Of a stretch of 64,000 nucleotides of DNA, positions 57,406-64,000 are shown piece by piece (positions within the stretch are counted from its first letter, which is position 1; each line of letters starts with the position of its first letter). The notes under the pieces are model-generated. The model searched no databases. It worked only from the letters and a program-made list of their open reading frames with translations, and had not been told where the DNA came from. Source of the stretch: Gemmatimonadota bacterium (GTDB lineage Bacteria; Gemmatimonadota; Gemmatimonadetes; Gemmatimonadales; Gemmatimonadaceae); the NCBI GenBank assembly GCA_040389905.1, contig JAZJZK010000012.1, positions 62,929-126,928 on the forward strand. The letters are read 5' to 3'. A program made the translations under genes and the position numbers.

Positions 57406-59139
57406 ATGCCTCGAGTACGCCAGTCGGCCGCGTCACCACCTCCCCGAGCACGATCCTCCCGTAAATCCATTTCCCTCGCGACGATCGCCGTGATCGTCGT
57501 GAGTCTCGCCGCATCCCTCTCCGTCCTCCTCAACGACTTCACACAGGACGACCTGGGGATCATTCGCGCGTCCACTCGGCTGCACGGTTTTGGGGAATGG
57601 AAGGACATGCTCACCCTCCCCTATTGGCCGCCACCCGCACTTCCCGACCTCTATCGCCCCCTGCTTTCCCTCTTCCTGGCCTTTCAATACGTCGCCGGCA
57701 ACGGCGCACCTGCGGTCTTCCGCGTCGTGAGCTGTCTATTGTATGCCGGCGCGTGCGCCGGCGTCCTTCGCGTGGCGGCACGCATGCTTCCACTGCCCGT
57801 TGCACTCGGCGTCGCGTTGCTGTTCGCAGCGCATCCCGTGCACGTCGAGGCAATCGCCCTTGCCGTTGCCCAGAACGAGATTCTCGTCGCACTGCTCGCG
57901 ACACTCATGGTCGCCCGGTATCTCGACAAACGTCGCCGGGAGCCCGACGGCGCGCTGCAACCCGCGGACTGGGGACTCCTGTTGCTCGGCGCCGCCGCGG
58001 CGGCCTTCTCAAAGGAGCAGGGACTTCTCCTCCCACTCTTTCTTGGTGCGGCTGAGTGGTGCCTCGTCCGTGGACAGTCGCTTCGCGAGCGCATCCACCT
58101 TCTCTGGAAGGGATATGCAGCGCTGGCGCTCGTCGGCGCCCTCGCCCTCGCCGCGCGAAGCGCCGTGCTTGGGAGCCAGCGCCCCGCCATGATTGCGGAC
58201 GCGCTGCGCGACCTCACGATGCGAGAGCGCGCGCTCACGATGCTGCAGGTGGTGCCGGAGTGGTTTCGCCTGCTGACATGGCCGGCGCACCTTCGCGCCG
58301 AGTACTCGCCGAACGAATTCGTGGCATCGACGACATTCGGTGCAGTCGAGGCGTTCGGCCTCGCGCTCCTCATCGGCGCCGTCGTTGTCGCGTGGCTCGC
58401 GCGGCGTCGAATGCCCGTCGTGACCTTCGGCCTGCTCTGGTGCTTCATCGCCCTGCTGCCGGTGAGCAACGTGGTGATCCCGACGGGCATCCTCATCGCC
58501 GAGCGCACGCTGTTTCTCGCAAGCGCGGGGTTTCTCCTCGCGGCGGGTGGCGTGGCGGCGGGTGTACTGAACGTGCTCGACACGCGTTGGTCGCTGAGCG
58601 AACGAGCACCGCTGCGATATGCGTCGATCGTCGTGTTCGCCGCGGTTGTTCTTGTCGGCGTCACGCGGAGTGTACGGCGCGAAAGGGTCTGGCACGACCC
58701 GTTCACGTTGGTGGCGGCGAGTCTCGAGGACTCACCGCGCAGTTGGCGGGTCCAGCGACAATACGGCGAGATGATGTTCGAGTCGGGGCGGCCCGGCGAC
58801 GGCATCGTCGGGTTCCTCAAGGCGATCAGCCTGTCGCCGGAGCCGTGGCGGGTGCGCAACCGGTTCGCGCAGCGGATGCGCGGCGTGGGCGCGGATAGCG
58901 TGGCATTCGAAGAGCTCAAGCGCAGCAACTCGGAACACCCGGGCGAGCCCGAGACGATCGTGCAGATCGCGTCCGTGCTCATTACACTCGGCCAGTACGA
59001 CGAAACGATCCGCTTGGCGGACCAGATCATCTCCGCCGCCAACGCGCCGGATGTGATGGTGTATCTCCGTCACGTCGCGGACAGCGCGCGAACGGCAAAG
59101 GCGCCGCGAGGAAGTGTGCGGCTCAGTCTCGGCATGTAA
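57406..59139 (+). CDS. TMTC-like GT-C glycosyltransferase with degenerate TPR tail (copy 3)
   Basis: NDFTQDD..II, LYRPL, AHPVHVEAI, SKEQG, WPAHLRAEYS, IAERTLFLAS, VWHD; start taken at ATG 57406. Confidence 0.85.
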   Translation: MPRVRQSAASPPPRARSSRKSISLATIAVIVVSLAASLSVLLNDFTQDDLGIIRASTRLHGFGEWKDMLTLPYWPPPALPDLYRPLLSLFLAFQYVAGNGAPAVFRVVSCLLYAGACAGVLRVAARMLPLPVALGVALLFAAHPVHVEAIALAVAQNEILVALLATLMVARYLDKRRREPDGALQPADWGLLLLGAAAAAFSKEQGLLLPLFLGAAEWCLVRGQSLRERIHLLWKGYAALALVGALALAARSAVLGSQRPAMIADALRDLTMRERALTMLQVVPEWFRLLTWPAHLRAEYSPNEFVASTTFGAVEAFGLALLIGAVVVAWLARRRMPVVTFGLLWCFIALLPVSNVVIPTGILIAERTLFLASAGFLLAAGGVAAGVLNVLDTRWSLSERAPLRYASIVVFAAVVLVGVTRSVRRERVWHDPFTLVAASLEDSPRSWRVQRQYGEMMFESGRPGDGIVGFLKAISLSPEPWRVRNRFAQRMRGVGADSVAFEELKRSNSEHPGEPETIVQIASVLITLGQYDETIRLADQIISAANAPDVMVYLRHVADSARTAKAPRGSVRLSLGM

Positions 59140-59344
59140 GGCGCCGGAAGAAAGCGTGAAGAATACCGTGAAAAGAGGCGTGAAACGTCGTCTTTCACGC
59201 CCTCATCTAGTTGGAATCCTGCAGCCGCCAATTGAGTACCTGCTGTCCATCCGCTTTGCCCTTGCCGCCGAACGGTCTTGGGATACATGTTGGCATACAT
59301 TGCTCGGTCAGGATTCTTCACCCAGGGCGACGAGGATACTGCCT

Positions 59345-62300
59345 ATGCGGATCGTGAAGATTTTCAGATTTGCATGCGCCCTTTCTTTTCTAGGCCATGG
59401 CGCATCGGCACAGCTTCCTCTCCGCGGCACGGTACGCGACAGCGCGACGGGACAGCCCCTTGCCGGTGTCGTCCTCGTGATCAGCGACGCCGGCCGCGGC
59501 GCACGAGCGATAACCGGCGAGAACGGACGGTACTCCCTGCCGCTCGCGACTGGAGCGCAGAAGGTGCAGTTGTTGCGAATCGGCTTCCGTTCGCGCACGC
59601 TCGATATTCCGCCCAGCGAAAACGAGCGAGCGCGCTTCGATATCACGATGGCCCGTCTTCCCACCATGCTCGAAGCGGTGCGGGCGGTCAGCGCCAATCG
59701 GTGCAAGGCGCGCCCGGATGCCGCCGCATCACTCGCACTCCTCGAGCAGGCACGAGCCGCGCTGCTGGCCACGGTCGTGGCGCGCGATGCCAATCCGGCA
59801 ACGGTGACTCGACTGGCGTTCGACCGCGGTGTTGACGTGAACAAGAGTCGCGCGACCAGCCAGAAGGTGCGAATCGAGACCGGCGTCCGCGCCGGTGCAT
59901 CGTTCAACGCAACGCGGTCGGTCCAGGAACTCGCGGTCCGCGGCTTCCTGCGCGACAGTGCCGGCACGCAAACCTTCTTCGGGCCGGACGCCGACGTTTT
60001 GCTCGACGATCAGTTCGTGGCCGCGTACTGCTTCAACCTCGCGGCGAAGGACGCGGCGCATCCGAACGCCGTCGGTCTCGCGTTCAACGCGGCCGCACCA
60101 AAGCGTGGTCGCGTCGATATTCGTGGAACGCTCTGGGTGGACACCGCCGCCCGTGCGCTGACGAACATCGACTTCCGGTATGTCGGCTTCGACAACAACG
60201 TGATGGAAGGTCTCGGCACCGGCGGCAGCATCTCCTTCGCGCACGCATCGAATGGTGTGACGTTGATCGACCGGTGGCATTTGCGTCTCATCGGCGATGC
60301 GGATACCGCCGTTTACGGCCCCAAAGCTGGCCCCGATATCCGACGTGGGTTCGCGGTGCGAGAAGTTGGCGGTGAGTTGGCACGCGCCACATGGCCCGAT
60401 GGCGCGACGTGGAAAGGCGCGCTTGGCACACTCCGCATTGCGACCATGGAGCGAGGCGGCGGGAGTGCCGCCGGCACGATCATCACCCTCGATAGTACGA
60501 GCTACCGCGCGGTGGTCGACTCCAACGGTGTCGCCGAGATTCATGATCTGCTGCCCGGACCGTACACGGTCGCGGTGATCGATCGGCGGTTGTCCGAAAT
60601 CGGTGTCGCGCTTCCCACCCCACTCGCGCTCCGCGCTGAACGGGATTCGACCATCGGGTTGCGACTCGAGGTTCCCTCCGCCGAGGCGTACGTCGCATCG
60701 GTGTGTCGGATGGATGGAACGGTAAGCGGAGCAAGTGCGCTCATCGGGCGCGTCGTTACACAGGAGGGGCGTCCGGCCGCAGGGGCCAATTGGAAGCTCA
60801 GCAAGATCGTCGATGGCGCATGGCAGACCATCAGCGACGGCGGCGTAACGGGGTCGTCGGGCATCTATCATTTTTGCCGAGATCTCGCCTTCGGCGAGAC
60901 GGTACGACTGGAGACCTGGACGGGAACGCAGCCCGCCGACATGATCTTGCGCCGCATTACGGACAGCGTCACGGTAATCCGCGCGCCGCTCCGAAACGCT
61001 ATGGTCGCACGGATTGCAGCAGCGGGACGCGGACGAATCCTGCGTGGGACCGTCGTCGATTCAGTGACGCGCGCGACGATCCCCCGCGCGCACATCACGC
61101 TCTCGGGTACGCAACTCACCGCACTCTCGGACAGCGCCGGCCGCTTCGTCATTCCTTCCGTTCCCGCAGGCGACTACGCCGCGGAGATCAGAACCTGGAC
61201 GCTCGATTCACTTGGCGCGGTCGTGCAATCGGGATTCTCGTTCAGTGATACGACGACGGCGGTAACGCTCATCGTCCCACCGCTCGCTCGTGTCGCCGCA
61301 TCGGTTTGTGGACTGCGTGACACGCGCGCGGAGGGGCTGGTGGTGGGAAGCGTGGAAATGCGCGGTGACACGTTGCCCGTCGCCAACGTTCGCGTGGTGG
61401 CCGATTGGACCGCGCCAACGGAACGGCAAGGCAAACGCGAGACGGGAAATCACTGGGCCGAAACGGTCACCGACGACAAGGGTGATTTCCGGCTCTGCGG
61501 CGTACCACTGAATACGGCGCTCACGGTGCGCGCCGAGTCGGAGACGGGGGGCGCGCACCCGGCGGAAGTGCGTGTCGCGTCGGACGGCGCCTTCGCGCGT
61601 GCGGAGCTGACCCTCGATCGCGACATCCAGAGCGGCGCGATTTTCCGGGGTCTCGTCGTCACCGATTCCACGCTCCTCCCCATCGCGGACGTCGAGATCT
61701 CGATTCCCGGGCTTTCGCGAAGTGTGGTGACCAATGAGCGCGGCGCGTTTCGCTTTCCCGACATTCCTGCCGGGATTCAGGACGTGAGCGTGCGGCGGTT
61801 GTCATTCAGCCCGCTGAACACGAAGCTGCAGTTCTTCCCGAACACAACGGTCGATCGTCGCATTTCACTGCGGAAGGCCGTGACGTTGAATGCGGTCGAG
61901 ACGATCGCGAGCGCGGTAATTCCGAGCTTCGAGGAGAACAAGCGTATGGGGCTCGGACACTTTCTCACGCGTGACCAGCTCGAGAAGTTCGAAGGCGGAC
62001 AGATGTCAGCGGCCATTGCGCAACTGCCGGGCGCGAATGCGATGGTCACGCAGAGTGGCAGCCACGCCTTCGTCATGTCGAACCGGCGCGCGGGTGCGCA
62101 CCTTCCGCGGTGTACGAAGGACTGCAAAGGTGTGCCGACGGGAGCGTCCGGCGGAGAGCAGGCATTGCAGGAACTGAGAGAGCTCGGCATCTGGTGTCCC
62201 ACCCGGGCAGAGCAGTCCATCGGTATGGGGTGCGGGTGCTACTCGCAGGTCTACCTGGACAAGACGCTCATGAATCCTGGTAAGCCAACGGAACCGTTCG

Positions 62301-62434
62301 ACATCAACACGATCCCACCGACGACCATTGAAGCCGTCGAGATGTATTCGAGCCCAGCCGAAACGCCAGTCATGTATCAGCGGCTCGAAGGCAGGTGCGG
62401 CGTCATGGTGATCCATTCGCGAATCACCAGTTGA
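59345..62434 (+). CDS. Secreted multi-CarboxypepD_reg protein with C-terminal plug-like domain (paralog C)
   Basis: SD GAGGA, ATG 59345; signal ASA-Q; FFGPDADVLLDD.F...YCF; FEENKRMGLGHFLTRDQL...IEAVEMY...CGVMVIHSR. Confidence 0.85.
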   Translation: MRIVKIFRFACALSFLGHGASAQLPLRGTVRDSATGQPLAGVVLVISDAGRGARAITGENGRYSLPLATGAQKVQLLRIGFRSRTLDIPPSENERARFDITMARLPTMLEAVRAVSANRCKARPDAAASLALLEQARAALLATVVARDANPATVTRLAFDRGVDVNKSRATSQKVRIETGVRAGASFNATRSVQELAVRGFLRDSAGTQTFFGPDADVLLDDQFVAAYCFNLAAKDAAHPNAVGLAFNAAAPKRGRVDIRGTLWVDTAARALTNIDFRYVGFDNNVMEGLGTGGSISFAHASNGVTLIDRWHLRLIGDADTAVYGPKAGPDIRRGFAVREVGGELARATWPDGATWKGALGTLRIATMERGGGSAAGTIITLDSTSYRAVVDSNGVAEIHDLLPGPYTVAVIDRRLSEIGVALPTPLALRAERDSTIGLRLEVPSAEAYVASVCRMDGTVSGASALIGRVVTQEGRPAAGANWKLSKIVDGAWQTISDGGVTGSSGIYHFCRDLAFGETVRLETWTGTQPADMILRRITDSVTVIRAPLRNAMVARIAAAGRGRILRGTVVDSVTRATIPRAHITLSGTQLTALSDSAGRFVIPSVPAGDYAAEIRTWTLDSLGAVVQSGFSFSDTTTAVTLIVPPLARVAASVCGLRDTRAEGLVVGSVEMRGDTLPVANVRVVADWTAPTERQGKRETGNHWAETVTDDKGDFRLCGVPLNTALTVRAESETGGAHPAEVRVASDGAFARAELTLDRDIQSGAIFRGLVVTDSTLLPIADVEISIPGLSRSVVTNERGAFRFPDIPAGIQDVSVRRLSFSPLNTKLQFFPNTTVDRRISLRKAVTLNAVETIASAVIPSFEENKRMGLGHFLTRDQLEKFEGGQMSAAIAQLPGANAMVTQSGSHAFVMSNRRAGAHLPRCTKDCKGVPTGASGGEQALQELRELGIWCPTRAEQSIGMGCGCYSQVYLDKTLMNPGKPTEPFDINTIPPTTIEAVEMYSSPAETPVMYQRLEGRCGVMVIHSRITS

Positions 62435-62509
62435 CCGTGCGTTGTGGCACGCTGAACTTGAATGCCGGCGCGCGTTTGTCGCGGTGAGATGAGCATGGCA
62501 GTATCCGAA

Positions 62510-62548
62510 CGTTTTGTCGCCCTGAGCGAAGCGAAGGGCCCGCACCTT
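62510..62548 (-). repeat. 39-nt dispersed repeat, copy 2
   Basis: CGTTTTGTCGCCCTGAGCGAAGCGAAGGGCCCGCACCTT is the reverse complement of 7873-7911 with one mismatch. Confidence 0.9.
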
Positions 62549-62581
62549 TGTTACGATGGTTCCCAGACGGGAGCGTGGCAC

Positions 62582-64000
62582 ATGAAAAGAGTGATTGCGG
62601 CGTTTGCCCTGACGATCCTCGGGTTGTCGCACACAGGTGGAGCACAAACGGCTTTCTCGTTGCGCGGCACGGTGCGCGACAGCGCGAGTGGGCAGCCACT
62701 CCCCGGCGTCGTGGTGGCGCTGCGCGACGTCGCAGCAGGCAGCGGCCGAACCATCAGCAATGATCGGGGCCTTTACACATTGGCGGTTCCATCGGGAGCG
62801 AAGGCAATTCAGGTTCTTCGCATCGGCTTCCGAGCGCGAACACTCGACCTGCCGCCGGCGGCGAGCGCCGCGGGGTTCGATATCACGATGACGCGCCTGC
62901 CGACCATTCTCGAGCCGGTGCGATCACTGAGCGCGAATCGGTGCAAGGTGCGCCCCGACGCCGCGGCATCGTTCGCGCTCCTCGATCAGGCGCGCGCGGC
63001 ACTGCTGGCAACCGTCGTCGCTCGCGACGCGAATCCTGCCACCGTGACACGCCTCGCGTTCGAACGCGTGATCGACGTCGCCAAGGACCTGCCCAGCAGC
63101 CAGAAGGTGCGCCTCGAATCCGGCGTGCGTGCGACGGCCTCCTTCAATTCGCCGCGCTCCGCCGTGGAGCTCGCGCGCTTGGGGTTCATGCGCGACAGCG
63201 GCAGCATGCAGACCTACTATGGCCCCGATGCGGAAGTGCTCCTCGACGACCGGTTCGTGTCGGAGTATTGCTTCAGTATCGCCGCGCGCGAGAAGGCGCG
63301 TCCTCGGGAGTTGGGCCTCGCGTTCGCGGCGGCCAGCAGGAAGAAGGGACGCATCGACATCCAGGGCGCGCTCTGGGTGGATACGGTGAGCCGCGCACTC
63401 AAGTCGATCGAATTCCGCTACGTCGGCTTCGACAACAACGTCATGGAAGGTCTCGGGACTGGCGGCCGCGTGTCGTTCGCCCAGGCACCGAACGGCGTTA
63501 CGCTGATCGATCATTGGCACCTCCGTCTGCTTGGTGATGCGGACACGGCGGTGTATTCGGCCAAGGGGAGCCCGGTCATGCGGCGAGGCTTTGCGGTGCG
63601 CGAGGTGGGCGGTGAGCTCGCACGTGCCTCGTGGGCCGACGGTGCAACCTGGCGCGGTTCGCTCGGCACACTTCGCATTGCGGCGACGGAGCGCGGCAAG
63701 GCGGCGGTCGGCTCGATCATCGCGCTGGACAGCACGGGTTATCGCGGCGTCGTCGACTCCACCGGCGTGGCGACGATACGGGATCTGCTCCCTGGTCCGT
63801 ACAGTGTTGCCGTGATCGACCGGACGCTCGCGGAAATCGGCGTCGCACTGCCGACATCGCTGGCCTTCACTGCGGCGCGCGACTCGACCGTTTCGATGCC
63901 GCTCGAGGTACCGTCGGCCGTCGGCTACGTGGCGTCCGTCTGCCGCATCGACGGGAAGGCGAGCGGTGAAAGTTCGTTGATTGGGCGCGTCGTCACGTCG
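62582..64000 (+). CDS. Paralog D of the CarboxypepD_reg family, truncated by the window end (absent from the ORF track)
   Basis: SD GGGAG, ATG 62582 MKRVIAAFALTILG...LRGTVRDSASGQPLPGVVV; colinear with paralog C up to LIGRVVTS at 64000. Confidence 0.88.
   Translation, partial: MKRVIAAFALTILGLSHTGGAQTAFSLRGTVRDSASGQPLPGVVVALRDVAAGSGRTISNDRGLYTLAVPSGAKAIQVLRIGFRARTLDLPPAASAAGFDITMTRLPTILEPVRSLSANRCKVRPDAAASFALLDQARAALLATVVARDANPATVTRLAFERVIDVAKDLPSSQKVRLESGVRATASFNSPRSAVELARLGFMRDSGSMQTYYGPDAEVLLDDRFVSEYCFSIAAREKARPRELGLAFAAASRKKGRIDIQGALWVDTVSRALKSIEFRYVGFDNNVMEGLGTGGRVSFAQAPNGVTLIDHWHLRLLGDADTAVYSAKGSPVMRRGFAVREVGGELARASWADGATWRGSLGTLRIAATERGKAAVGSIIALDSTGYRGVVDSTGVATIRDLLPGPYSVAVIDRTLAEIGVALPTSLAFTAARDSTVSMPLEVPSAVGYVASVCRIDGKASGESSLIGRVVTS

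Noticed and set aside
59290..59305. TGGCAT...TTGC as a sigma54 promoter (also TGGCACG near 62445)
   Set aside because: The GG-to-GC spacing does not fit the -24/-12 consensus

Overview
GC-rich Gram-negative bacterial chromosome segment. The combination of waaA, non-Bacteroidetes SusC/SusD pairs and the style of the lipoproteins suggests Gemmatimonadota (inference, not proven). Positions 1-23 kb are mostly housekeeping: a large Ig-repeat surface lipoprotein, UvrD helicase, GT-C glycosyltransferase, Zn aminopeptidase, dnaE-accA-ricT/PSP1-metG, TPM/NTase/LemA, DsbA-waaA, and a REC + EAL c-di-GMP pair. Positions 23-64 kb form a ~41 kb cell-envelope island with no recognisable CAZymes. It holds two SusC/SusD pairs, two FG-GAP/ASPIC-UnbV (CRTAC1-like) lipoproteins, three TMTC-like GT-C/TPR glycosyltransferases, an SGNH-TPR protein and a His-motif membrane enzyme. 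It also holds an expanded family of secreted proteins carrying a TonB-receptor plug-like domain but no beta-barrel, one of them fused to a TonB C-terminal domain. The two best candidates for an undescribed system are (i) the barrel-less 'orphan plug' module linked to SusC/D and (ii) a TMTC-like protein O-glycosylation set next to Ser/Thr-rich beta-sandwich and propeller surface proteins. I found no CRISPR array, rRNA, tRNA, transposase or prophage. Small REP-like intergenic repeats are present. All assignments come from reading motifs by eye; no searches were run.
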